From contig JAAPAO010000060.1 in assembly GCA_013115145.1 (NCBI GenBank), forward strand, positions 1 to 64,000: DNA of 64,000 nucleotides, read 5' to 3'. This DNA is from Perkinsus chesapeaki ATCC PRA-425 (lineage: Eukaryota; Protista; Perkinsozoa). Positions 9,900 through 22,157 of the stretch are shown piece after piece. Each line of letters opens with the position of its first letter. The stretch's first letter is position 1. The position numbers and the translations under genes were made by a program. The notes under the pieces are model-generated. The model saw only the letters and a list, made by a program, of their open reading frames with translations. It did no database searches and was not told the origin of the DNA.

Positions 9900-12275
9900 G
9901 GGTTACTATGCCGCGGTGTCTCATCTCAGAGAGGGTCCTATGAGGAAGTGTTGGATACTATACAGAAGTACGAGGCACCATTGAACGGACCGGAGACGGT
10001 GTATGTGATGAGAATGCTTGCATTTAATCCACCAATTGAGAGGAGGAAGGTAGTAAGCTGGAAACGTTGATGGTGTTGGTTGTCGAAGTAGTGGTCTCAG
10101 AGAGACGCTTTGGCAAGGAGGATGCAGGCTCATGCGGGTTGGAGTAATATAGAGGAGGCTGTTAAGGAGAATGCCCCAATCTTGAACATGTCGCATCTCT
10201 CATTGCTTATCAATAGGCTTATGGTAATAAGGTGTTCGCATTATTAATAGGCTCGCTGTTGCTAATAGCTGCCCGCAGGGGAATAGGTACCTTAGAGGGG
10301 TTCTATTCTCTACTATCTGCACCGCCTTTCACATTAATGTTCATCCATGCCTGTTTTGTCAGGTGTTAGGGTTCCGTAGAGCTGCCGAGTCGGAGGAGAT
10401 GAGGTCAGCTCTTGTTCAGAGTATCCCCAGTATGTATCAACCCCAGCTCTTGTCGGTAGGGCGGCAGTACCGTTGGTGGTGCCAAATTGAGAGTCTTGCT
10501 AGGTCCTTAAGGCTCTTAACGGCTTTGAACCGGTACCAATGGACTTGGTTGAATTGATAGAGCATCGGTTAATAAAGGTAGTAGGGTTATAGGTAGGCAA
10601 GGTATCCCACTCTAGCTCCTTCGGAAGGAGAATGCTTACACTGCAAGCGAGCAGGAAGAGTCGAGACGAAGGAAAAGGGGCACGTTACAGAGCCAAGAGA
10701 AGATCACTGTGGAAGGGGCATTGTCCTTACTCCAGAGGCTGCCTTTAATATATGGCACTAAACTGGCTACAGGAGAAGTAGATACGCGGACACAAAGGCT
10801 GTTGACGTGTAGGGATGGGTGATAGAGAAAGGTTTTATTGTTATTGCTGTTGTTAGTGTTGACAAGGAGGGTGATGCAGCACTGTGACTCGGAGGATGTC
10901 ACAGCGAACGAGCTGGCGAGTAGTTTAGTGTCGGCCTACAGATGTTTGGGAGATGACCATCCTGTGGTTAAGTCATTAGAGCAGCTTTTCCTAGGTGATA
11001 CGAAGTAAGAGGGATGAAGTGATGATGCTCAGGGCAGCAGTAGTGGTGATTAGGTTGATATCGGAGATCCATACGGAGAAGTTGACAGCAATGGGAGCCT
11101 GTCGTCGACTGAGCTATGGTGTGAGGGCACAGATAGCGAATGAGTGGCCTAAGAGGCAACCGTTGCTAGGTGGGTTAGAGTCAGGTGTACATTCGGCCAC
11201 GTTGGCGGGAAGGATATATGAAATAAAAAATTGCGTAACGGCCGGAAGGGGCGACTTGAGTGTTAAACCCGGGAAAGCGGATGAACATTCCACTAACACT
11301 GACTGTTATGTCAGCGATTGAGGCGATACGAGCGCTGCGGTTCTATCACCATTTTGGGGAGATGTCACCTGAGGCGAAGCTGGCTATGATAGAGAACTGC
11401 CAGGAGCTGTTCAAGTCTGCCAGAAGGAGCCGAATGCGGCAGCAGTTAGGCATCGGTGAACTACTACAGCTGGCTCTTAATATCGACCCGCTGGTGTGGA
11501 ATTGGGCTCTTATGAAGGAGATGCTAGGTGGGATAGATACACTTGTTTAGTGGCGGACAAGAGGGTTATCTTAGGCGCACTCCAAGCCAGACAAGAGGAG
11601 TTCCCAGCTCCTACGTTATTGAAGGTCCTGCAGAAGGTGGCCCATTTGGGGCTTTTGGAGAAGCATTCGGGACTGGGCAGTAGGGCTGATGCTGCTGTTG
11701 GGACGGCTCATGGTCAATAACTGTATTTAGGGAGAGTAGATGATATGGTTGATGATCTGACGTTGAGAGGAGCATCAGCACTGTCAAACCCACAACACTT
11801 GCTGGAGGCTGCTACTGTGCTGGGAGAGCTGGGCCATTACAAGCCAACTTATATGGAGGCACTTACTCAGCAGGCTTTAGAGTTAGGGGAGGAAGGCGGC
11901 GGAGCGATGCAGCGGGGAATAGAGGAAGACGAAGGAGGTATGGAAGAGGAGGAGCACCTCAACGGCGAGGAGGAGGAGGAGGAGGCAGACGTCCACAGTG
12001 GTGAAGCAGTGATGCACACGACTCAGGCGTATCCTTCCGGCATGAACGGTTGGGATGATTATATAATAGCGTTTAAAAGGGCCATTGAGAAATACCAGAC
12101 TGGCACTAGTCCGGCGGTATTGGATGATGCTGTGAGGAGAATAGTGGAGAGTGATGAGAGGTTTGATGGTCTTGCCATGAACTCGTTGATGTACCTTGCG
12201 ACGTTTGAAGGGGGATATAGGGATAAATGCATAGGGAAGATGCAGGAGATGATGAAGGTAAGAGGGGGGTGGTAA
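9900..12275 (+). CDS. Multi-exon alpha-helical-repeat-like protein; possibly the 5' part of the downstream RAP gene
   Basis: Consecutive Leu/Ala-rich exons (NMSHLSLLINRLM; PQLLS; ORFs 11260, 11496, 11745). A strong donor AAG|GTAAGA at ~12259 suggests splicing continues into 12316. True start not found. Confidence 0.55.
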
Positions 12276-12315
12276 AGGGGACATGTCGTGTATGGAAGCC
12301 CCTACATATTTACAG

Positions 12316-14407
12316 ACACCTCGGATAATAATAGATTGGGACAGTTAGTAGTATCACCAGTATTGGAATAGAGATGGACGAGAGGGGGGAAACTGTGGGG
12401 TTGGAGGGCCTTTATACCTGCCAGCCGTGAGCAGTATATATCAGTGCCGAGTTAGAGGTCATGAAGGAAGTTTTATCGAAGGTCAATAGAGACTGGAGAG
12501 TGCTTGCGATTGTAGTAGTAACTTATAGACAGTCCGAGACGAGAAAGCTTGAAAATTTTTGGAGAGTTGGTGATGCTCAGTTTTAAGCAAGAGAAGCCTA
12601 CATTTTGTCTGTATGTTGTCGTAGCTGGTCATGAACCATGGGGACAGAGTTGGAGCATTTCACACGCGGCGTTTATTACCACATATTGTACTATATGTTG
12701 TGATGCAGGATGTCCCTAATAACCGACTTATCCGTATCACTCTTCACGGTGGCAGTCGGTTTGATGACGAGGCGCCATTGGCGGTGAGCGAGAGTGAAGG
12801 TAGTAAGAGATGGTCATAGGGGTAAGGCTGGCTGTGGTTAGTGGATGTGAAGTCTATGGCACTGAAGGAGATCAATGGGAGGGTTCAGGAGCTGCAGAAG
12901 GATCCCCCAAAATGTGCGGTCCTACTGGACATCTGGTCCAGGTATACGTCGGACCTGCCTGATAGAGCCACAGGTAGTGGGACGAGAGGGTCGGGGATGG
13001 TTTGATGCTCGGTCGCTTAGTGTTGAGTACCCTAGAAATGGCTCTGGTCCCGGATGTGCTCACGACTAAGGGCATAGACCTCATCAACGATACAGCGTGT
13101 CTCAATTTGGAGCGTTTGGTACCGGAAGCAGACCGGCGGCGATTGGTAAGGTGGAGGGGTCAGAGGGGATGGAAGGGATGGATCAGATACTGCGAGAGTT
13201 GATGTTAGAAATGCACAGAGCGGCTACTGACAGGACGCCAACGGGGCTGCTGTACTCTGCTGTGGGGTCCTTCCCAGAGGTTGCGAAGTTGGCCTATTCG
13301 ACAGCTGTACTGCACTTAACAACAGGTAGTGTTAGTGGTAAGGCCGAGAGGAGGCCGAGGCTATGATGATATGCTAGAAGGCCTCTGCAGGGTCCAGTAA
13401 TATGGGGACCTGTGATGAGATGCATCGAGAGGTTAATATATCTGAGCCATATACAATAGATAAAGCCTTTGTGTTCGAGCTGTCCGCTTCATTCAGGTGG
13501 CGTTGGTCTCCCTATTGATGTGTGGTCCAGGGTGGCTGAGCTGGTTAATCGGGCTCATACAGTTGGGGCTCTGCATAACCCTTCAAACCAGAAGCATATG
13601 TGAGTTGTCCACTGGGCGATGTGAGGGCAACGTTGCCAGTAGGGAGCTAGTTTACTCTAATACCTGGGGTCCAGCTGAAGGTCTGTGAGGCTAGGTTAAT
13701 GTTTGATCAGGTGGATGGTATCTTCGTGGTGGTGTGCTTTAAACCACACTACTTCCAGTACCGTTTCCTCCGCTATTTGTCGAAGATACTCGGATATGGC
13801 TCAGACCATTACGTCGATGGTAGTGGCGATTCCAAGGTGTTTTCGGAGATCAATTGGTAGATCACTCCGGACCCTGAGGAGGACATCGAGGACGCTGAGC
13901 TGGGCGGAGAAGGCTCTGGCATTGGGGAGGAGGAGAGGGCTATCATACCGGTCATAGCTGCGGCATTGGGAGACATGGGACTGGTGGCCAAGATGGCAGC
14001 GGTAGTGTCCTAGGCGCCCATGAGGCTTCCAAGCAGCTCCTTTAGAACGTCCCTGGCACACCCTTCTGCCCTCACTTGAGCATCCGGTCTCATAACATAG
14101 CGATACAGGCAGCGACTGGGGAGGATATGGTTAAGTGGGGCGATGCGGAGACATCACATTTGAGCGGCAAGGTAGTAATAGGGAAGGTGATTGAGCTGGA
14201 TTCCTATATCTTATTTAGGCTGTCCTGTTTGAGCGGCTCTTGGCTACGGCAGGATACAGGACAATATGGCTGCGGTCTGATGCCGAGTGGAAGAGATTAG
14301 TCACCGAGGCCAACACACAGGAGGCCATCCAGGCTCGGGTGAAGGGCATGATTGATGGGGTGAGAGACGATCAAGAAGCAGGGCGGAGCGATGCGGCAAC
14401 CGAATGA
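12316..14407 (+). CDS. RAP-domain protein (organellar RNA-binding), helical repeats plus C-terminal RAP domain
   Basis: Last exons splice to NIAIQAATGEDMVKWGDAETSHLSGK|AVLFERLLATAGYRTIWLRSDAEWKRL, matching the RAP pattern IAIE..G..L..RLL...GY....I...EW. Stop TGA at 14405-14407. Internal splicing is approximate. Confidence 0.7.
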
Positions 14408-14519
14408 AAATTGTCTATGTGAGTTTCTATCAGTTTTAACGCATGTTTCTGTGAAGGCTGCTGATTATTGTGTTAAGTGGCGAAGAGAATTCGGTTTAGG
14501 GAGCTGCAGTTTTTAAAGT

Positions 14520-16050
14520 ATGTTAAAGCGCTTCCTAAAGGGGGGCTCTAGTAATGGTAAACATCATCGTGGTAGCCACCGTCACTCGCCAGGAAATAGC
14601 CCTCCTGCGTACAGCACCCCAAATAAGCTGAGTCTAGGTGGGCAGCAATCATCTCCTGGGACGTCTCGGTCCAGCAGAGATGGTCAATCTAGCCGGAGCT
14701 CCGGAGGGCCGGGGGAATCCTCGAGGTCCGGAGCCTCGGACAGGCACAGTACAGAGGGCTTTGTGGGGTTCTTGAAGTCCACTTTGGGTGGTCGGAAGTC
14801 GAGCAGTCGGAAAAGCAGGCCGGTTGATGATGAGGGGAGCTGTACTACTAAAGGGGTTGGGAAATGGCTCGACTTTGGGGAGCCGAGCTGGAAGGAGGCT
14901 CTCAAATCCTTTTCTATTTTAATGAGAGGCACATGGAGCATGTTTGTCCTTTGTAGCTGGTGCTGGACTGTCACCTGGCTGTAGTGACTTCTCCGGTGCT
15001 CAAGACGCAGAGGACATAATACCGCACCATAGTGGTAATGTTGGGCTCCTGAAGAAGGCAGTGTGGATGGTTAGGTTCAGGAGGAAGGGGCTTTCATGGT
15101 GGTGAGGATGATGCTCAGTGCTTTGAGAGCCAAATGGTTTCGGGAGATCGCTCAGCCCCGCCCAGTCCAGACCCGAGGACCTGCAGTCTGTTGATGGAGT
15201 ACAGGCACCTTCAGGTTACCGCCGCTAGAGGTTGCCATAGTGAGACCTGTTACACAGGATAATGCCCCTCGAGGGCTCTATGTGTGCCCGGATGCCCAGG
15301 ACCTCCTCCTCTGGCACTGTATACTAATGCTTCGACAGGTGGCTTGCTTGACCATCATCATATCGTTCAGCATGCTCTTCGGCCAGGGTCATTATAAAGG
15401 GGCGATCTTGAGGTTCGTCTTGGTCATACCAGAGGACTACCCTAGCTCGGCCCCAACAGTACAGTTCAGTTCTCGGGTATACCATCCCCTCGTCGATGAG
15501 GCCACAGGAGTTCTGGTAAGCCCTGTCCGGGGCAGTGAGGTAGAGGAGCAGCTGGGCCTCAGGACATCTCCCTGGCGTTTCCTACTTGGGAGCCTGGAAG
15601 GGACTATGCTGTATTGGTGCTGGCATTCGTTAAGAAAGTAGGGAGGTTGATCAGATAGTAAAGCGAGGGTGGTGGTGGAGGTGGCATCAGGTGTTCTATA
15701 GAAGTGACCTGATAGGATGGGATGGCGGAGAGAATGGTGTACTGAACCAGGCAGCATTGGAGGCCTTTACTAGGGCTGTTGTGACCGGCGATAAGCTATT
15801 CCAGCAGGAGGTTGATAAGTGTGTCAGACAAAGTCAAAGGTAAGGGAGAGCTGAGGGTATTTACCCCGCCCTAGTTGGGAGGTTTACTATAAGCTACGTG
15901 GATCCTCTCCGTCTATGGAGTGTGTTACATTGCGTAAGGCTACACGGAGCTCTTCTTTCGCGCAGTACACCGGACGGTAGGGTTGATGATGATGCAATTA
16001 AAAGCTTTAAGGAGTTCAGGGGCTTACATTTTCATTGGTATTGCTGGTAG
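14520..16050 (+). CDS. AKTIP: AKTIP/FTS-like ubiquitin-conjugating-enzyme variant with a long low-complexity N-terminus
   Basis: LMEYRHLQ..PRGLYVCPDAQDLLLWHCILMLRQGHYKGAILRFVLVIPEDYP..PTVQFSSRVYHPLVDEATGVLDISPAFPTW..LNQAALE. No catalytic Cys at the E2 position. 3' end uncertain. Confidence 0.8.
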
Positions 16051-16236
16051 CGTGTTCAGCGACATTCCATCCCTCAATTTCTGGGAGCTATCAGCAGGGG
16101 GAAATATCTTCGTATGGTTCCTGGCATCTTTCATGGGCTGGCGAACAAAACCTGCGGAACGATTTTTCTGTTGAAAGCTATACCGCAATTCTGTATATCG
16201 TATGAAGTTTAATCGGTAAGGGTGACAAAACTCTAG

Positions 16237-16757
16237 ATCGTCGGGAGCCCGCCCCGTTTGAGAGGCATTGTGGGGGTCATCAGGGAAGCCTTCTTAAGAC
16301 CTTCACCGAGCTGCTTGCTGACCTTCAAAGAGTATGATACAGCAACTGAGTCTACCCATTCGATGCTGTCAACAGCCTTGCGGAACATGCCAGAGGAGCT
16401 TCAAGGGACACAGAGGACCCAAGCCTTTTGTGACTGGCTCACGGAGCGTTATATCCCAAGATGCGAGGGGGCACAGAGACAGCAGCAGCAACAGCCAGGG
16501 GACCAGCCGGATATCAGGAACCTTTTGGTCGAGGAGGTGAAGGGGAGTAATGGTGAATGACGAGGGAATTGGTGTGGCAGGGCTCGATTAATCGTAATGC
16601 AGAAGGCGTGTCGCCGGGCATGGGCTCCAGTGGAGGGAGCGGAGGCAGGTCCTGGGTAGTAAAAGGGAGCCTTGGAGAGGATGTGATCTCGACAGCTGGC
16701 CTTGGTTCAGTCCCAGAGCCCGGTGGGCAGCAGCCCGATGAGGATAGCAAACTATAG
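16237..16757 (+). CDS. Hypothetical two-exon coding segment; may be a C-terminal extension of the AKTIP-like gene
   Basis: Open exon 16237-~16538 (AFCDWLTERYIPRCE..RNLLVEE), donor GTGAAG, acceptor GGCAG, then GSINRNAEG..DEDSKL*. Confidence 0.4.
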
Positions 16758-16895
16758 GGACCGGAGGCAAGGAGGGCAAGATACATCTCAGATTTACACT
16801 CCGACATGAAAAATAATTTCTGACACTCGTTTGGCTCTGCGCTGGGAGGACGGACCGCAGGAGCAGCGTCGGTGATGCAGTAGTTGTTTATTATA

Positions 16896-18059
16896 ATGTC
16901 ATCCTCGACTATCGAGGAGATCCCCTCCCGTCCATCGCAAGATTGGCTCATCAAGCATGGTGGAGTTCTGTTGGTCCTCGAGTTCCCTGTGGGCTCCTAC
17001 TTTGGGATTGACAAGCATGTCTGGCAGGTGAGGGCTTTCGAGAACCGTAATAACATTGAAAGCATCTTAGGTCGGCCCGCGGTTTATGGGCGTCCATTTG
17101 ATACCCTTCGGTGTGCACTATGTGTTTTACTCTGAGGAGGAGATGTCCCCGAGAACGGGCTTCTTCGTGGTGAGTTTGCCGGCATCGCGGTTGATCTCCT
17201 CATCCTCGTCGCTCAGGTGTTTGGCCCGAATAGCCCTCGGATTCAAGTTCGGCGATGGAACCCGGAGACGGTGGAATTGCTGGCCGTGAGCTCCCAGGAG
17301 GCCAGCAAATACATCTTCATGTTCGACAATCAGCGGATGTTCGCCGACCAGCTCGGGCCTTACCCGGAGGAGGGGTCCCTACAGTGGAAGGAAAATACGT
17401 TATTTATAACGCCCAAAGTGATATCCAAATTACAGCCAGTTAATGCTGGCAGACTGATAAAGTCATCGGAGGCCCCGGGAGCAGAGAAGGAGGCCAACTC
17501 GGAGGGGGAGACACCGGTTGTGTTCTGGACTGATGTGCCCCGATTCGCATCGAAGCACCATACTGGAGCGCAGCTCACAGCCGCAGCAATGGACCGGTCT
17601 GAGGTGCTGAAGGAGATCCTAGAAGGTCTGTCTCGACCAGAGGATATCTTAGGGGAGCTTCAAGCTGCATTCCTCGTCTTTATGCTGGGCCAGAGCTTCG
17701 AGGCCTTCGAGCAGTGGAAGGCTCTACTGGGGCTGTTAGCCGAGAGTGAGGCCGCTATGGATGATGATGGCACTGTGGACCTGTTCAACTCACTTTATCG
17801 CGTCCTGTTTAACGAACTCCAACAGATGCCGGATGACATGCTTCTCCTAGATGACGGCACGAGTAGCTTTGTGGTGCACCATTTCAGAAGGCTTGTTGAT
17901 AATGGTGCCGCGCGTCCGGCGCTGGCGAAGAGAGCGGGGTACCTGAGGAAGCTTTGTGAGAACAGGTTCGGTGAGAGCTGTGGTGAAGATATCGGCGTGG
18001 AGGAAGGAGATGATGCTCCCGTGGTTGTGGACACCGACGCTCCGCAGTATTACCTTTGA
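16896..18059 (+). CDS. AAR2: AAR2, U5 snRNP assembly factor
   Basis: GVLLVLEFPVGSYFGID..W; GPRFMGVHLIPFGVHYVFYS; PRTGFF; VRRWN; QLGPYP; EDILGELQAAFLVFMLGQSFEAFEQWK. Confidence 0.92.
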
Positions 18060-18205
18060 GCACCGGGTTCGAACCCGCCATCCGACACCTCTGCCATATA
18101 CTTACGTCTGCAATTGTGATAGTTTCAAGTGATTACTTGTCGAGTTCGTTGACCGCCTTATCAGCCTCTACCAGTTTGTTTCGTTCCTGTCCTCTCCTCG
18201 GTAGC

Positions 18206-20727
18206 ATGCCTCGCGTCGGTAATCGAAGACGTAAGGCCAGAGTGCAGAAGAAGAACATCGAGGAGGTACACGGCCGAGTGGCCAGTAACCGTCACATCAC
18301 GACCCTTGTTTCAGTCTGAAGAGGCTCGTCGTAACACACCGAGATGCATCATCATTAGAAGGGGGCAGGTTGTCCAGGCGGTCCAGGACCTGGTGACAGA
18401 TCTCCGACAAGTGATGAGCCCAAATGTGGCCACCAAACTCAAGTGAGGATGAGCCGTTCCCTCCCCGTGAAGATTTTGTCATTTAGGGAGTCCCGGAAGA
18501 ACAAGCTGCAAGACTTCGTGGCTGTCTCCAGTGCGTTTGGTGTGTCCCATTTGGTCCAGCTTACCCAGACCGACGTTTCCCCCTACTTGAGGATCACTCG
18601 TATGGCACAGGTGAGCAGTGGAGCGTCTCCATTGCCTGTATAATATTAACTTACCAGTTGAATGATCCCCATCTAATCAACAACAATTAGGTTGCTTATA
18701 AGTAGAGCCCTCCAAATTAACTTGGAATATCACGTTCTTGTGATTTCGTCATTTTAGGGCCAAAATTAAGGTGTGTGTTCTAAGTTAATTTGGCAACTTT
18801 TCCGTGCCGATTTCTCAGTTCTCAGTCACCAGTAAGTGTTAGACGCTGAGACCTGGTTGGTATACTCAAGGCCATATAAGAACCAGACTCTCTGAGCTAG
18901 GGGCACAGAGTCGCAAATGTGGCAGAGAATGGTCACGAAAACGTGATATTCTAATTTAATTTGGAGGACTGTATTCCCTTTGAGGATTATGACTCCTTTC
19001 TGAGTAACCTCTCCCATGGCCATAATTCAGCCTTACACCTTCTTTCCTTGGCAAGCTATTTCCCCGCCTTATCAGCCTCACTTGAGCAATCCGACTTACC
19101 CTTTTTCTATGTATTGGTCAGCAGTAGCACTTCAGGGCCCGACGCTAACATTCCAAATTATGGAGGCATCACTACAAACGGACGTCCGACGCTCCCAGAG
19201 AAGGCCGAAGGTGGGGTCGATGAAGGACTATGCGCAGGCCCCAATGGTGGTGCTCAACGGCTTCGGTAGGCCGCAGCTCGGTCTGGCAGTCTGAGACGAG
19301 CTCCTGGGTAGGTGCTGCGGCTAAGAAGTCCCCTCATCTCGAGTTGTGCAGCACGATGCTGAAGTCCATGTTCCCCAGTATCGATCCTAAAACCGTTGAT
19401 GTAAGTGATGATGGCATGATGGCTGATAGTTAGCTCGCATTTCAGTTACAGAGCTGCAGACGAGTGGTCCTGTTCAATTACGACGAGGAGTCTAACACTA
19501 TTAAAATGAGGCATTATCAGATCAAGCTGAAGAATGCGTCAATCTCGAGTAGGCCAACAGCACGACCAAGGAGGAGGAGGAGCGTTTATATGGGTTGTTA
19601 GGGAACGTGAGCAAGATTGTATCCAAGTCGAGCAGAAAGACGTCGCCAAACCTCGCCAAGTTGGCCGCCGCTGGTAGGCTCGCCAGTGGGAAATTCCGTT
19701 CACTTGCCGCCGGTTTAGGTGACGTGTTGGACAGCAGTTGCCATTTGGGTGGGGTGTCGGACAGTGAGTTTGAGGACGGTGATACTGTTGGGCCCCTCCC
19801 TGGTCGGCCCAGGGAACCAGGCATGCATTACAGAAAGAGTGAGTTAGCTTCTAGTCAACTTCAAGGAGAAGTGTGGGGTCATTTCAGGACGCCAAGATAC
19901 CAACGAGGTCAGTGTCGGTCTTGCTGAGTTGGGTCCTCGTCTGACGCTGCAGCTGGTAAGAAATTCAGCTACCAGCTTTGCTCGATGGTCTCTGCTTGGC
20001 AGGTAAAGGCTGAGGCTGGACTGCCCAACCAGGCTGAAGTGATTTATCATAGAGATGTAACCAAGACAGCTGATGAGCAGGACAAGCTTAATAGGGATGC
20101 CAAGATGAAAGCGTAGGTGTAGCCTGGGTGACATGGACTTCATAAAGAGTGTAGGGCACTACGAGAAAAACGTTTAAAGGAGGCAGAGCAGCTACGACAG
20201 AAGAGAGCTGAGGAGGAGAAGAGGAAGCATGATCGAGCCGAGGTGAGCCGACGCACAACAGTATCATGGCAGAAAGTTGTGTGGTTAGGGCAAAAAACAA
20301 GAGATGATGGATAAATACAGAAAGGAGGCTGGCTCCGATGATGATGACGATGATGAGGCGTTCGCTAGGGGACAGAAGCGTGGTATGGAACAAAGTGAGA
20401 CATAGCTAGCCAAGGCTGCGTCTGCAATTTCCCTTTTAGGTGGCGGCGCCACGTCGAGCGGTGTTGTGGAATTCGGTGATGATGACGGAGCCGCTCATAA
20501 AAGGCACAGAAGCAACCGTGATGGTAAGGGGACATTCTTTACTGTTCTATTGATGATCGGTTGTCCAGGATCAGGTAAAGGAAAAGGCGGAAAAGGGAAA
20601 GGCGGCGGAAAAGGGAAAGGAGGGAAGGGGAAAGGCAGAAGGATGGGAGTAAGGGGGCTGGTGTGGTCTGAATGCATTGTCTTTATTATAGGTTCTAGAG
20701 AAGTTTCATCGAACACAGAAGAACTAA
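18206..20727 (+). CDS. PPAN: Peter Pan/SSF1 Brix-domain ribosome biogenesis protein
   Basis: PRCIIIRRG..DLVTDLRQVMSPNVATKLK; ESRKNKLQDFVAVSSAFGVSHL; YLRI; GPTLTFQI; PMVVLNGF; MLKSMFPSID; CRRVVLFNYD..MRHY; LAELGPRLTLQL. Ends in a basic GK-rich tail. Confidence 0.93.
18705..18971. mobile_element. Non-autonomous MITE, Tc1/mariner/pogo type, 267 bp, inside a PPAN intron
   Basis: 39-bp terminal inverted repeats at 18705-18743 and 18933-18971 (33/39 identical). The right end reads CAGT from outside. TA dinucleotides flank both ends (18703-18704, 18972-18973). No transposase ORF. Confidence 0.85.
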
Positions 20728-21088
20728 TAGCAACTTGAGCTTGAAGTTGATCATTCTACCAACGTAAATTACTGTTTACCTCTCCGGCTGGGTGTTGGGT
20801 TATTGTTTACAGTATCATGAACCAAGTAAAAGCAATAGTGCACAGCGATACAGGGATCCAGCACATTAGAGATAAATAATAATAATGATTGAATAGTAGG
20901 AGGTTACTTGTCGCAATGCGGAACGAATATAACTACGAGAACACGAAACACGTAGTTGGTCGAAACTCAATGATAAAAAATAAGAGCTACTAATCAGGAT
21001 AGCATCGCTGCGATGTAATAATAAGTAGAGACAACTTGCTGCTTTTCAAACACGTGGCGGATAGTGGCGGTCAATCGGAAGCATTCAC

Positions 21089-22157
21089 TTAGAGGAGTAG
21101 TTGGGATATTATGTGCCGAATTAACCGATCATCCTCTCCAACAGAGGATGTCGATGGCTCGGGGAGATGTACGAAAATTGTCGGTATCTGACAGAAGGTG
21201 GCCCGTGCAACTCGACCGCTGGAAAGTAACGTACATTCAGTCCTTGACTTCGGATTTCCGATAGTGTCCTGAAGTATATCTCATTGCAATAGTAGTTTCC
21301 AGCATCCACACTCCATTCAAGTGGTTCCTCGGTATGGGTAGTGTTAATGTAGCCAAGCTTAGCAGTCGATGGGAGGATATACTGTTCCTTTGCTATGATG
21401 GGCAGGGAGGAGTTGCTATCGGCCAAAACCTGCCAACAGAGAATGTACACCTGCACCTAATCGTTGGCATACATTTTTCGCAGCGATTTCAAGCTTGAGC
21501 CCCTTTGCTCTGTCCTCTAGTCCCAGAAGAACAATCGCCGCTGGTTTGGGCACACTGGGGTCCCTCAGCCAACGGGCCGGCTCCGACGCTCCAGTGTGGT
21601 CGACGGGTAGCTGATAGGCTTGTATACAGTAGTCTAGAGTGCAGCTGCCGTTCAAGGAACCTGGATATAATGCGACGTGAAATGGAGGCTCATATCACTT
21701 GCGACTGCTGCCGAGGGATTGAAGGTAAAGTCCTTAAAGGGCTGATAACCTGTCACCCAGACGATATTGCTTGGCCGAGACGACGCCTCAGCAAAGGTAG
21801 ACGCACTAACCCTCAGGGACGTCAGCCTAGCTGTGTCAGCACCTAGCAATGGTTAGTGCTGTGATGCTGGGTGAGTGATCTGGCACTACTATCGGCAGGC
21901 ATGGCGCCAGGGTGCTCCAAGTGGCCTTCGACCTTTCTAGTGGATACTAGATATCCAGCAACGACAAGAACTAGTAAAAGCAAAGCACCGCACAGCCACC
22001 TTGTCAGACCGCTCCCACCGGCGGCAGTGGCATGGAGCGGTAGCCCAGTGGTCGGGCTGTAGCCAGCATGGCCGAGAGATCTTCCCTTGCGATACTCGGT
22101 ACGATTGGTAACTGGTAAAAATGGTACAGTAGAGGTGGATTCCGCCGGGTTATCCAT
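21089..22157 (-). CDS. Pyroglutamyl peptidase I (peptidase C15) with an N-terminal transmembrane anchor
   Basis: VWVTGYQPFKDFTFNPSAAVA; IVLLGLE..LKLEIAAKN (Glu); SVDAGNYYCNEIYFRTL (Cys); IPTIFVHLP (His). Exon 1 with TM WLCGALLLLVLVVAGYLV splices in phase 1 through a 47-nt intron. Confidence 0.9.

Noticed and set aside
12856-12912. UBC4-like E2 start (MALKEINGRVQELQKDPP)
   Set aside because: The resemblance stops after ~18 aa and there is no HPN/active-site Cys; it is better explained as an internal exon of the RAP gene.
18040-18090. tRNA at CGGGTTCGAACCCG
   Set aside because: The T-stem does not pair on either strand and upstream sequence is AAR2 coding.
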